Of a DNA stretch of 64,000 bases, positions 39,482 through 53,655 are shown one piece after another (within the stretch, counting starts at the first letter, position 1; each line of letters begins with the position of its first letter). Origin of the DNA: Paraspadella gotoi (lineage: Eukaryota; Animalia; Chaetognatha); the NCBI GenBank assembly GCA_051294375.1, contig CM119270.1:22067897-22131896 (forward strand). Reading direction: 5' to 3'. The notes under the pieces are model-generated. The model saw only the letters and a program-made list of their open reading frames with translations, ran no database searches and was not told the origin of the DNA. A program made the position numbers and the translations under genes.

Positions 39482-42400
39482 TCTCTTCTGCTCTCTGCTC
39501 TCTCTCTCTCTGCTCTCTCTTCCTCTCCCTTTTCTTCATGTATCTCGCAATTTCAAATATATCTAAAATTTGGTTTATTTTTTTAAGCCAGAGTTATTCT
39601 AACTGGATTTATAACATTTTTTTTTTTTGTTTTTTTTTTAACGTCATTTTAAACTTTATATTACCTTACTTTGTTTATAACTTTCATATAATTAACTTTT
39701 TTTGTTTTAATAAAAAAAGCCAAAAAATCTTCAACTGTACTAAGTAAACCAAAGTGTGAACAAATTAGTTTAATTCTTACGGACAACAGAATAAAAAATC
39801 CTGAAGTCATTTTCCAATCTGAATCTAGATAACTCATTCCTTCATCTGTGACAATCACATTCATTCTCTGGTCACAACTCAAATTCATTCATCTGTCACA
39901 ACTCATTCATTCATTTTCTTCAATTTTCGTCCATAACATCTTAATAATTTTTCATAAAAGATTATAATTTTTTTTCCCAAAAGTTTTCTTCTAAATTTTA
40001 ATTCTTCACGTTTTTTTGGCTTTCAACTTCATCTGGATCTTAATTTTTTTACTTTTTCGAAATTAAATCGGCTTAAAAATTTCTAAAAAAAATTAATTAA
40101 AACTAAAACTAACAAAAAGTTGAATTTTTGCGCAAAAACGAACTATTTTTTTTCTTTTGTCGCCAATTTGGTTTCATTCAAAGGACGGACGACGACGACG
40201 ACAGAACGACGACGACCTACGAACGACGACGACCACAAAGCGTACAAATTAAAGGCGCCTTTTCTTTTCAAAATCTCGCGCCAATTTAATTTCAAATCTT
40301 CCGCGCCAATTTTCATTCACGTGTTTAATTAATCGGCGAATTAAATTTATTCGCTTTTTTTTGTTCGAAAGTTTTTCAATTTTATAGAAGAAAATAATAT
40401 ACGATCGGAGGAAAGATAAATTTGTTTATTTAAAAGTGACGACACAGAAGCGACAAAAACTAAAACTAAAGATTACGCCAAACAATGCGAGTCAAGCTAA
40501 AGTTGCGACAAAGATTGCGTTCACTATATATAAAGATACAGCCTAATAGATCTATTGAATGTTTCGAGACGCAAAGCTGAAGATGCGATCAGATATGCGA
40601 TCAAGCAGAAGATGCCGATTAGAGATGCGATCAAAACTGAAGATTCGATCACAGATGCCGATCAAAGCCACAAATGACGCAAAATCTTCTTTCGGTTCAG
40701 TTCATAAAATCGCGCCAATATGGCAAAACGCGGCCGCGATTTAAACGTCAAAGTCGAGAACCGGCGCCATAAATTTCGCGCAGTTTTTCGGACGCGTAAA
40801 AGTCGTTTTTGTTTTCGACGCAAGAAACACAGAAACTAAATAAGAAACAAGATACAAAGAACAAAAAGAAAAAGGAATCGAATTTTGCGTCGAAAATTGA
40901 AAAAGAAAAGAAAAATTTTTTGATCGAAAAGAAGAAAACAGACGTACGACGTCACGAAATGCCAGTCAAATGACGCTGTTGCCACGTCAATTGACGCTGT
41001 TTACACGCCCATTGACCGCCGTAGACATAACTGCGTCGCCGACGCCTCCTCGACCGGGTGTCACTGCAAAGACCACCAGCGCGCGGCTTCCCTGGCGCCG
41101 CCAATTCCTCTGGGACTATCGGAGGAAACTAGATTTTCGCCAAAACGAACCATGGCGGATTTCAATTCCAATATAAATTTTATTTCGACGAAAAAAGAAA
41201 AGAGAAAAGAAAGGGAAAAACAGAGAGGGAGAAGCAAGAGAGAGAAGAGAGAGAGAGAGAGAATAGGGTTACAAATAAAAGAGAAGAAGTTGTAGTTACA
41301 CAGAAGGAATGGCAATTGCCTACATACGACGTCAAAAAGAAAATAAATTCCGTATACTTATTCGAAAAAGCAGAATCTTCTGACAAAAATGTCGCTCTAG
41401 TGATATCATCACAAAATTGTCAACCCCGATACTATTCACATATTCAAACACTGATTATATCACAAATGTCACTTGATGCCATTTCCTGGAAATGGCAATT
41501 ATTACATTCCAAATTCAGTTCCTTTAGGACTGAAAAGAATGAAACTTTGCGCAATCTGCCAAGTTCACGTAACCATTCAGTCAGCCAGTCTAGTCTATGC
41601 CATATTTAAGTCCCGAGTCCATTCGAAACGTTGACTACAACAGCAATTTCATCAACTACAGGCAATTGTAGCAACTACAGAATTACAGCAAGAAACCAAC
41701 GTCAAAAAATTCAAGAAAGAAACTCAAACGAACAATGACAGGAAGGATCCAAAACAAAACAACAAAAAGTGGCAGCGGGCGACAGCGGCGGCTTCTGCTG
41801 CGGGTCCGCCGCAGGCTCCGCACGCCGTCGAACCGACAATTTCGAACTTTTTCATTTTTAATTCGTTAATTTTCCTTTGGCGCTCTCATCGTCGTCGTCG
41901 GCGTCGTTTGGCGGCGCAGTAGGTGAGGTTGTTTTCCTCCTGTTTCTTTCTCTTTGGTTTTTTGTTTTTTATGTTTTTTATTGTTAAGAAAAGAAGATTA
42001 ATGTCGTCTGGTCATTTAGTTTGAATGAGAACTGGTGTGAAATTGAAAATATTAGTCCAGACAATTAGTCATTGCAGTAGTCAGTCATTAATAATGAGGT
42101 TGGTCCTTTGTGAACTACTCGGTGCATCGTCTTCCTGCAGGCTCCGTGTCGCCTGTCGAACCACAAATTCGACTTTCATTTTTAATTCGTTAATTCTTCC
42201 GGTTGCTCTCATCGTCGTTCGTCGGCGTCGTCCCAATCGGCCGCAGTAGGTGAGACTGCAGTAGCGCTGAGACTGAGTAGGTGTACGACTGCATGAACAT
42301 TAATATATCAGACAATTTAGTTAAAGTATGAATTCATTCATATTATTCAGGCAGTCATTAAAAATGAGGTTGGTTCAGTTGTGAACTGCTTGTGGCAATC

Positions 42401-42689
42401 GTCTTCCACACTAAACTTTTTTTTACCATGTCGTTTGTAATTTAAAATCTGGTCAGTCTGTTGGGGATCAATTCTAGTCAGAATTCCGAGAATGAATTGA
42501 AAGAAATATCTGGGGAAAATTTTCAATTTTGGAAATCTTTCTTTGGGGATTCACCCAGTAACCGGGTTACAGGGTGACATGGTGTAACATCGCAATCGAA
42601 AAAAGAAATTGCGGGCGTTGTGTAAGAAGAGAAACTCAATCTCAGACCATAAATGAAGGAGTGAAGAGCGAGAGAGAGAGGAAGAGAGA

Positions 42690-42721
<32 letters not shown>

Positions 42722-43881
42722 TAGCGAGACAGAGACAGAAAAAGAAAAAAAAAGAGAGTTGCACCAATGTTGATGGCAACACTTCAATTTTTAATAGATT
42801 GCGTCTTTTTTTTATGACAGTACGTGTTCCCCTTTCCTTCCCTTTGCTTAGAGAGAGAGAGAGATGGAAGAAGGAGAGAATCTAAGATGGGAAGTGTTAA
42901 TAATTTTGTTATTTTTTTTTTAAACTTAAAATATTTAAAACAAGTCAATATAATTAGCATAGCCGATGAAATTAAAATGCTAATGTATACAGCATTAAAA
43001 TAATCTATCATGACCATAGATTATGGTATTAAAATATTTTTTTGTCAAAAATACTCGCCTCTAATTAAAAAATATTATATTACTAAATAGAGGAAAAAAT
43101 ATTTTAAAAATCTTAAAATTGTTTGCATGAATTCTCGATATAGCGATAAAAAGTTAAACAAGAATATAAAATTACAGCTTTTAAAAAATTCTTACGTTTT
43201 CTCTGAGTGAAAATATAAAAAAACTGATAAAATCATCGAAAGATGATGATGATGATGATTTTTTACAGTTTTTCTTATTTTTGACATACTTATCGTAAAA
43301 ATATTTAAAAAAGATCAAATACTTTGTGAAGACAACTTTTTATGAGCTATCTGAATCTGGTCTTAAATTCAAAAAATTTCAAAAAAAAATTTTGGCCTTT
43401 CCTTTCTATAAATAAATATTAAAAAATTAATTACTAGGGTATAGAGCCATATTAAAAAATTTTTTGTCCATTTAAAGTATTCTTAAAAATGTCTAAATAT
43501 TTTCGTTTGAGCATGTACTCACTCAAAATTTTTACTCACCCCATTGAGTGCGGCTACCCCTAATAATATGAATATCGCCAGAGTACTACATTAATTTTGC
43601 TGTAAAAATTTATAAACGCCTATATTTATGTATGTTTGTTTTCAAAAAATGTATATAGTAAAATCTTTTTAAAGTTTAAAGGTAAAGTATGCAGTTAAAA
43701 AAACCTCATTTTGATAAGTGACTGTTTATTAACCATAAATTGTTCAGGTAAAATGTTTCTTTTTTTATCAATTTTAGAATAATTTGAATATTTTATTTTT
43801 GGCTAAAAAATCACATTTTGAGTCAATTTTGTATTTTTTTTTGTTTTCGGTGAAAATGTTCTCAAACGCCTGTGTAATGGT

Positions 43882-43931
<50 letters not shown>

Positions 43932-44070
43932 GTTTTTTAGTACCATTTATGAAAACTCAAAAAAACTATTAATACTTACAAATTATAAAATAAGGTAGCC
44001 TTTTAGGGCAGTTTAAAAGTACAAGCCTAAAGCTCGCACTTTTGGTTTTTTCAATTTCAATTTTTCAATT

Positions 44071-44102
<32 letters not shown>

Positions 44103-44734
44103 CGTCTCTCTCTCTCTCTTCTCTCTCTCCATCTATCGAAGCACGTTTATCTCAATACATCTCTTGGTCAGTTTTTTTTTCTTTTCTTCCAATGAGAAAT
44201 TTTTCTCTAATTTTTCTCTCAATTTATCACTGAAATCCATTTTCCTCTTGGCCTCACATTAGTCTCACATTAGGTATCACATTAGTCTCAAAATTAGTCT
44301 TTACATTCGTCTCACAATATTATCACATTAATCTCACGTAAGTCAAACATTAGTCTTACACTGGTTCCACCTTAGTCTCACAATTGTATCACATTTTTCT
44401 CACAATTCGCCATCGCCTAAGACTAATATTAGACTCAACTGGCTACACATTAGTCTCACATTATTATCACATTCAGGGTTAGGGTTAGTCACACTTCATT
44501 CATATTAGTCTCACCATAGGTTTTATTTTTCCGCCGCACACTCATGCGCTGCATGTTGCTGTACATAGTCCTACTTAATTACAATCATTGCGTACCACAT
44601 CAGACTTTAAAACATTATCATAAATATGGCAACACGCTTATCTTACATACATAATCACCACAGAAATTCACAGAAATACACTGTAAATAGGCATTCGAAA
44701 AAGGTTAAGAGATTGATTTGACTTTGTAAAAACG

Positions 44735-44786
<52 letters not shown>

Positions 44787-44989
44787 TATTTCTCTCCTAT
44801 ACACCATTTAGTTTTTTGTCACTCATAAACTTAGCCAGTTTTTGGTTGATTACACTAAAAATTCTCACTTTTTTTATCTTCAGATCTCGAGCGTCCGTTT
44901 TCCGTTTCTCCACAGGCAATAACCTAAGCCTAATCCCTGTCGATTCCCTTTAACTATCACCAAACCTCCTAAGTTTTATCTCTCTCTCG

Positions 44990-45026
<37 letters not shown>

Positions 45027-45386
45027 ATCTAATCTATCTCTCTCTCTCCTTTTTTTTTCTCTCTCTCTCTCTCCTATTTCTCTCTCTCTCTTTCTCCAAN
45101 NNNNNNNNNNNNNNNNNNNNNNNNTTCTCCTTCTCTTTCTCTCTCTATCGTATCTATCTCTCTCTCTCCTTTTTTTTTCTCTCTCTCTCTCTCCCTATTT
45201 CTCTCTCTCTTCTTTCTCCAATCTCTCTTCTCTCTCTCTCTTTATCCCTTCTCTCTCTCTCTCTCGTCTCCTCTCTCTCTCTCTCTTTCTATCCTCCCTC
45301 TCTCTCTCTCTAACTCTTTGTTTAAGTATTCCCGCGTTATTTTTATTATCTCATAACATCGAATTATAAATTTAAGTTATCTCTCT

Positions 45387-45424
<38 letters not shown>

Positions 45425-45466
45425 AACTTAGGAGGTTTGGTGATAGTTAAAGGGAATCGACAGGGA

Positions 45467-45513
45467 TTAGCTTAGGTTATTGCCTGTGAGAACGGAAAAC
45501 GGACGCTCGAGAT
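45467..45513 (-). CDS. Candidate terminal exon (DLERPFSVLTGNNLS*) of the orphan TM gene
   Basis: Strong acceptor ttttttatcttcag; phase-1 compatible with the upstream donors. No homology evidence. Confidence 0.25.
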
Positions 45514-45610
45514 CTGAAGATAAAAAAAATGAGAATTTTTATGTGTGATCAACCAAAAACTGGCTAAGTTTATGAGTGACAAAAAACTAAATAGTGTGTA
45601 TAGGAGAGAA

Positions 45611-45656
<46 letters not shown>

Positions 45657-45864
45657 GTTTTACAAAGTCAAATCAATCTCTTAACCTTTTTCAATGCCTA
45701 TTTACAGTGTGATTTCTGTGAATTTCTGTGGTGATATGTATGTAAGATAAGCGTGTTGCCATATTTATGATAATGTTTAAAGTCTGATGTGGTACGCAAT
45801 GATTGTAATTAAGTTAGACTATGTACAGCAACATGCAGCATGAGTGGCGAAAAATAAAACCTAT

Positions 45865-46122
45865 GGTGAGACTAATATGAATGAAGTGTGACTAACCCTA
45901 ACCCTAATGTGATAATAATGTGAGACTAATGTGTAGCCAGCTTGAGTCTAATATTAGTCTTAGGCGAGGCGAATGTGAGAAAAATGTGATACAATTGTGA
46001 GACTAATGTGGAACCAGTGTAAGACTAATGTTTGACTTACGTGAGATTAATGTGATAATATTGTGAGACGAATGTAAAGACTAATTTTAGACTAATGTGA
46101 TACTAATGTGAGACTAATGTGA
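45865..46122. repeat. About 13-bp minisatellite (gagactaatgtg); mirror copy at 44253-44515
   Basis: Directly visible. Confidence 0.85.
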
Positions 46123-46243
46123 GGCCAAGAGGAAAATGGATTTCAGTGATAAATTGAGAGAAAAATTAAGAGAAAAATTCTCATTGGAAGAAAAAGAAAA
46201 AAAAACTGACCAAGAGATGTATTGAGATAAAACGTGTTCGATA

Positions 46244-46302
<59 letters not shown>

Positions 46303-46429
46303 TGAAATTGAAATTGAAAAACAAAAGTGCGAGCTTTAGGCTTGTACTTTAAACTGCCCTAAAAAGCTACCTTATTTTATAATTTGTAAGTATTAATAGT
46401 TTTTTTGAGTTTTCATAAATGGTACTAAA

Positions 46430-46494
<65 letters not shown>

Positions 46495-47652
46495 ACCATT
46501 ACACAGGCGTTTGAGAACATTTTTTCACGAAAACAAAAAAAAATACAAAATTGACTCAAAATTGTGATTTTTTAGCCAAAATAAAATATTCAAATTATTC
46601 TAAAATTGATAAAAAAAGAAACATTTTACCTGAACAATTTATGGGTTAATAAACAGTCACTTATCAAAATGAGGTTTTTTTTTAACTCATACTTTACCTT
46701 TAAACTTTAAAAAGATTTTACTATATACATTTTTAAAACAAACATACATAAATATAGGCGTTTATAAATTTTTACAGCAAAATTATGTAGTACTCTGGCG
46801 ATATTCATATTATTAGGGGTAGCCGCACTCAATGGGGTGAGTAAAAAATTTTGAGTGAGTACATGCTCAAACGAATATTTAGACATTTTTAAGAATACTT
46901 TAAATGGACAAAAAATTTTTTAATATGGCTCTATACCCTAGTAATTAATTTTTTAATATTTATTTATAGAAAGGAAAGGCCAAAATTTTTTTTTGAATTT
47001 TTTGAACTTTAAGACCAGATTCAGATTAGCTCATAAAAAGTTGTCTTCACAAAGTATTTGATCTTTTTTAAATATATTTTACGATAAGTATGTCAAAAAT
47101 TAAGAAAAAACTGTAAAAAATCATCATCATCATCATCTTTGATGATTTTATCAGTTTTTTTATATTTTCACTCAGGAAAACGTAAGAATTTTTAAAAGCT
47201 GTAATTTATATTCTTGTTTAACTTTTTATCGCTAATATCGAGAATTCATCAAACAATTTTAAGATTTTTAAAAAATATTTTTTCCTCTATTTAGTAATAT
47301 AATATTTTTAATTAGGCGAGTATTTTTGACAAAAAATATTTTAATACCATAATCTATGGTCATGATAGATTATTTTAATGCTGTATACATTAGCATTTTA
47401 ATTTCATCGGCTATGGCTAATTATATGACTTTGTTTTTTAAATATTTTAAGTTTAAAAAAAAATAACAAAATTATTAACACTTCCATCTTAGATTCTCTC
47501 TCTCTCTCCATCTCTCTCTCTCTCTAAGCAAAGGGAAGGAAAGGGGAACACGTACTGTCATAAAAAAAAGACGCAATCTATAAAAAATTGAAGTGTTGCC
47601 ATCAACATTGGTGCAACTCTCTTTTTTTTTCTTTTCTGTCTCTGTCTCGCTA

Positions 47653-47705
<53 letters not shown>

Positions 47706-48108
47706 CTTCACCTCATTTATGGTCTGAGATTGAGTTTCTCTTCTTACACAACGCCGCAATTTCTTTTCGATTCGATGTTACACCTGTCACCCTGTAACCC
47801 GGTTACTGGGTGACATCCCCAAAGAAAGATTTCCAAAATTGAAATTTTCCCAGATATTTCTTTCAATTCATTCTCGGAATTCTGACTAGAATTTGATCCC
47901 ACCAGACTGACCAGATTTTAAATTACAAACGACATGTAAAAAAAAGTTTAGTGTGGAAGACGATGCCACAAGCAGTTCACAACTGACCAACCTCATTTTT
48001 AATGACTGCCTGAATGAATATGAATGAATTCATACTTTAACTAATTGTCTGACTAATATTAATTTCATGCAGTCTCACCTACTTCAGTCTCACCTACTGC
48101 AGTCTCAC

Positions 48109-48210
48109 CTACTGCAACGATGACGACGCCGACGACGACGATGAGAGCAACGACGAAAATTAACGAATTAAAAATGAAAGTCGAATTTTGGTTCGACAGG
48201 CGCACGGAGC
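48109..48210 (-). CDS. Candidate 102-nt symmetric phase-1 exon encoding a duplicated transmembrane helix
   Basis: tcttctgcag acceptor and gtgaga donor. Encodes GSVRLSNQNSTFIFNSLIFVVALIVVVGVVIVAV, a copy of the end of the preceding exon. Confidence 0.4.
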
Positions 48211-48417
48211 CTGCAGAAGACGATGACCCGAGTAGTTCACAGCTGACCAACCTCATTATTAATGACTGACTACTGAATGACTAATTGTCTGACTAATATT
48301 AATTTCACACAGTCTCATTCAACTAAATGACCAGACGACATTAATCTTCTTTTTCTTAACAATAAAAACATAAAAAACAAAAAACAAAGAGAAAAGAAAA
48401 CAGAGAAAACAACTCAC

Positions 48418-49888
48418 CTACTGCGCCGCCAACGACGCCGACGACGACGATGAGAGCGCCAAAGAAAATTAACGAATTAAAAATGAAAGTCGAATTTCGG
48501 TTCGACGGCGTGCGGAGCCTGCGGCGACCGCAGCAGGAAAGGCCGCCGCTGTCGCCGCTGCACTTTTGGTTGTTGTTGTTTTTGTTGTTGTTTTTGTTTT
48601 GGAATCCTTCGTCATTGTCGTTTGAGTTTTCTTTTTGATTTTTGACGTTGGTTTCTTTGCTGTAATTTCTGTAGTTGCTACAATTGCTGTAGTTGATGAA
48701 ATTGCTGTTGTAGTCAACGTTTCGAATGACTTCGGGACTTAAATATGGCATAGGACTTAGACTGGCTGACTGAGTGGTATCGTGACTGGCAGATGGCAAA
48801 GTTTCATTCTTTTCAGTCCTAAAGGAAACTGAATTTGGAATGTAATAATTGCCATCTTCAGAAATGGCATCAAAAGTGACATTTGTGATATAATCAGTGT
48901 TTGAATATGTGATAGTATCGGGGTTGACATTTGTGATGATATCACTAGAGGACATTTTGTCAGAAGATTCTTTTTCGAATAAGTTGACGGAATTTATTTT
49001 CTTTTTGACGTCGTATGTGGCAATTGCCATTCCTTCTGTGTAACCTACAACTTCTTCTCTTTTATTTGTAACCCTATTCTCTCTCTCTCTCTCTTCTCTC
49101 TCTTGCTTCTCCCTCTCTTTTTTTCCCTTTCTTTTCTCTTTTCTTTTTTCGTCGAAATAAAATTTATTTGGAATTGAAATCCGCATTTTTCGTTTTGGCG
49201 AAAATCTAGTTTCCTCCGATAGTCCCAGAGGAATTGGCGGCGCCAGGGGAAGCCGCGGCGCTGGTGGTCTTTGCAGTGACGACGCCGGTCGAGGAGGCGT
49301 CGGCGACGCAGTTATGTCTACGGCGTCAATGGGCGTGGTAACAGCGTCAATTGACGTGGCAACAGCGTCATTTGACGTGGCATTCGTGACGTCGTCGTCT
49401 TTTTTCTCTTTTCGATCAAAAATTTTCTTTTCTTTTTCAATTTTCGACGCAAAATTCGATTCCTTTTTCTTTTTGTTTCTTTTGTTATCTTGTTTCTTAT
49501 TTAGTTTCTGTTTTTCTGCGTCGAAACAAAACGACTTTACGGCGTCGACTGCGCGATTTATGGCGCCGGTTTCGACTTTGACGTTTAAATCGGCGCCGCG
49601 TTTGCCATATTGGCGCGATTTTATGGAACTGAACGAAAGAAGATTTTGCGTCATTTGTGGCTTTGATCGCATCTGTGATCGAATCTTCAGTTTTGATCGC
49701 ATCTCTAATCGCATCTTCTGCTTTGATCGCATATCTGATCGCATCTTCAGCTTTGGTCGAAACTTCAAAGATCTATTAGGCTGTATCTTTATATATTTAG
49801 TTGAACGCATCTTTGGTCGCAACTTTAGCTTTGATCGCATGTTTGGGCGTATCTTTAGTTTTAGTTTTTGTCGCTTCTGTGGTCGCAC
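48418..49888 (-). CDS. Large exon of an uncharacterised, probably membrane-anchored protein (basic 10-aa repeats, low-complexity middle, C-terminal TM helix)
   Basis: About 490 open codons, mostly non-microsatellite, in an AT-rich background. CCGRRR, then FIFNSLIFFGALIVVVGVVGGAV ending at a tag|gtgagt donor. First ATG at 49840. No family recognised. Confidence 0.55.
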
Positions 49889-50087
49889 TTTTAAATAAAG
49901 AAATTTATCTTTCCTCCGATCGTATATTTATTTTCTTCTATAAAATTGAAAACTTTCGACAAAAAAAAGCGAATAAATTTAATTCGCCGATTAATTAAAC
50001 ACGTGAATGAAAATTGGCGCGAAGATTTGAAATTAAATTGGCGCGAAGATTTGAAAAGAAAAGGCGCCTTAATTTGTCGTCTTTGTG

Positions 50088-50126
<39 letters not shown>

Positions 50127-50722
50127 TTTGAATGAAACCAAATTTGGCGACAAAAGAAAAAAATATTCGTTTTTGGCGCAAAATTCACTTTTTGTTTAGT
50201 TTTAGTTTTAATTAATTTTTTTAGAAATTTTAAGCCGAATTTAATTTTCGAAAAAAGTAAAAAAATTAAGATCCAGATGAAGTTGAAAGCAAAAAACGTG
50301 AAAGAATTAAAATTTTAGAAGAAAAACTTTTGGGAAAAAAAATTATAATCTTTTAGAAAATTAAGATGTTATGGACGAAAAATTGAGAAATGAATGAATG
50401 AGTTGTGACAGATGAATGAATGAGTTGTGACAGATGAATGAATGTGTTGTCACAGATGAATGAATGAGTTATTAGATTCAGATGGAAAATGACTTCAGGA
50501 TTTTTTTTATGTTGTTTTCCAGTAAGAATTAACTAATTTGTTCACCATTGGTGTTACTTAGTCAGTTGAAGATTTTTGCTTTAAAAAAAAAAGTAATTAT
50601 ATGTAAGTTATAAACAAAGTAATATAAAGTTAATTGACGTAAAAAATGTTATATCAGTTAGAATAACGTAAAAAAATAACCAATTTTAGATATATTTGAA
50701 ATTGCGAGATAATGAAGAAAGG

Positions 50723-50787
<65 letters not shown>

Positions 50788-51086
50788 CACACGCGAATTC
50801 TATGACGAGTGGCGACGTGTAAAACTGCGCGGAAATAAACAACCGCATTCCATTTGGTGAGGGTCGTCAAGGCAACGACGACGACGACGATGACGACAAT
50901 GTCGACGACAACGATGACGACGACGACGATAATTCGGACGATGTTATGGGACGAAAGACGTCGACGTTTCCAAGTGGCGAAGAGAAAATGGGCGCGTGGC
51001 GCGTCGGGAGAGAGAGAGAGAGAGAAGAGAGAAAGAGAGAGAGGAGAGAGAGAAAGAGAAGAAAGAGAGAAAGAGAGATGAGGGGG

Positions 51087-51177
<91 letters not shown>

Positions 51178-53655
51178 TTAGGAAGTATCAGCTAATCGTT
51201 ACCACCGAAGCAAAACTGGGCAGACGAGTCAAATTCGATCTTTTTTAAAATCTTCGGTTTGGCAAATATGATTATTAATACTTCTTATCATTTTTTCTTT
51301 TTAGTTTTAAATTTTAATTACATTTTATTTCATGTGTTGTATGTGTTTTATATATTTTGATCTTTTTTGTTTACAAGAGTTTAAAATCTTTACATATTTG
51401 ATCCTGAGATAATGTCTATTATATTTTCCCCAATTTTGTTTCTACTATATTTGAAAATGAATTAGTCACTGAAACTTTTGTAACTTTTGTACCAAAAAAA
51501 ATAATACACACATAACACATATTTTTTTTTAAAAAATGTCATTATATGATTAAAATGAGCTTTTTTATAAGGCCAAATTTTGTTTTTATATTTTTCCAAT
51601 TTTAAGACCAGATTTAGATAGCTCATGAAAAGTTTTCTACCCAAAGTATAATTCTTTTTTTTACATATTTATGATAAGTGAGTCAAAAATAAGAAAACTG
51701 TAAAAAATCGTCATCATTATTATCTATCGATTATTTTATCATTTTTTTATTTTATTTTATTTTAACTTAGAAAACATACAAATTTTTGAAAACTGAAAAT
51801 ATATTTCTAGTTTAACATTACATAATACATAAAACAAATTATAAGATTTCAAAAAAAATGTTTTTGCTTTATATAGTAATATAATATTTTTAATTAGGCT
51901 AGTACCTTTTTTGACCAAAAAAATATTTTTAATACAATAATCTATGCTCATGATAGATTATTTGAATGCTGTATACATTTGCATTTAAATTTCATCGGCT
52001 ATGACTAGTACGGTAGAATTTCATTTTTCTGCCTTGTATAAGATGCAAAAAAGAATTAGAAATTACTGCTGTAAATAATGATCTATTTATAATTATTTTC
52101 ATAGTCATAATTAATTTTTGTACTTTTTTATATCCGCAATTTGAATTTTAAAGACAATTTATAAATTAATTTTAAAATAACAACTTTTTTTCAGGAATGT
52201 TTTGTTTTTACGAAATATTGAACCCGTCAAAATGAAGGAGAAAAACAAAAGGGGGAAAACAAAATGATAAAAAGGAGAAGGAAGAGGAAGAGTGAGAGAG
52301 GGAGGGGGATGAGGAGGAGGAGAGGGAGGAGGAGGAGGAGGAAGAAGAGGAGGAGTAAGGAGAGGGAGGGGGAGGAGAGTAGGAGAAGGAGGAGGAGGAG
52401 GGAAGAGGAGGAGGAGGAGGAGGGAGAGGGAGGAGAAGAAGAGGAAGAGTAGGAAAGGAAGGGAGAAAGAAGAAGAGGAGTTGACACTAAGCTCAGAACT
52501 AAGGGGAATCATGATTTCTTACATTATTTGAAATTTGAATTCATTGAGACGGATAATCTATCCTTTTCAATCTAACCATAACCGTAACAGTATAAGTATT
52601 TTACACTCAAAGCAGAAGAATATTTTACCTATCAAATGAATACATGTTTGGATTCATCGAGAGAATACTCTCCCATCAATTAATTGCCACAAACTTTAAC
52701 CTCTGCAATGAATTCATTCAATGTTTTTATTCTATGAAATCATGATTTCGAATGATTTTGAGGAATGAATTCATTGTGAAAGAGATTTACCTATTGCTCA
52801 CTAAGACTTATCAGTTGGGTAGCGAGAGCTTGGACATGTTTTACTCATACGAGATCAAATCTTTCTTTCTCTCACATGAATACATCTATGGATTCACCTA
52901 AAGAAATCATCTTCCTTATCTGCAGTATATAATTTATTATTTGAAATCCCTGATGAATTCATAAAGAGGAGGAGTAGGAGGAGGAGTAGGAGGAGGAGGA
53001 GAAAGATGCCTTCAAAAGTAGAGGAGTGTATTTAATTACCAAATGAAGGAGGGTGAATTCATCAGTCATGATATCATCGACCAGTTGGAGGTAGTCGAAT
53101 ACATCATCGAACTAAGGGTTTGAGCTCTATATAGGATGGAGGAGGAGGAGAGTGAGGAGGAAGAAGAGAGGAGTAGGAGGGGGAGAAAGAGGGGGAGTGG
53201 GAGAAGTAGGAAAGAGGAGGAGGAGAAGGAGGGGGAGAAGGAGGAGAAGGAGATGAACCCGCTGAGATCGTTTTTTCTCGGAGGAAACCGCGTAGAAGAT
53301 TTTTCGCGGGATTTTGATTTCTTTGCAACATGAAACTGGGGGGGGGGGGAAATGACGACGACGGCGACGATGACACGACGACGACGAGACAGACACGACG
53401 ACGACGACGACGATGACGCCTGACCTGGACAAAAATCGCCCAGGATGAGATACTTGGGAGAGAGAGGAGAGGAGAGAAGAGGGAGAAAAGAGAGAGAGGG
53501 AGAGGAGGAAAGGAGATATCGTGGGCAGATCTGACATTGTTTGCTCAAACTTGTTATCTTTATATCTTTCCTTTCTCTTTTTATTTCTTATCAAGTTGGT
53601 ACAACCAATAAAAAAATTATCTGTTAAAGTTTGTGTTTGTAATTATGTTTATTAA

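Larger units (their letters stand above)
38783..51360. repeat. Inverted duplication with arms of about 6 kb (38783-44980 vs 45421-51360)
   Basis: Arms are colinear reverse complements throughout. Left arm is indel-rich; 25-N gap between the arms. Confidence 0.95.

Noticed and set aside
40440-41930. Second gene copy or pseudogene of the 510-aa ORF
   Set aside because: Lies in the noisy inverted arm; indel pattern fits uncorrected long-read error.
52560-53130. Possible degenerate coding repeat (FYLSNEYMFGF / FFLSHEYIYGF)
   Set aside because: Interrupted by stops, no recognisable family, no clear splice sites.
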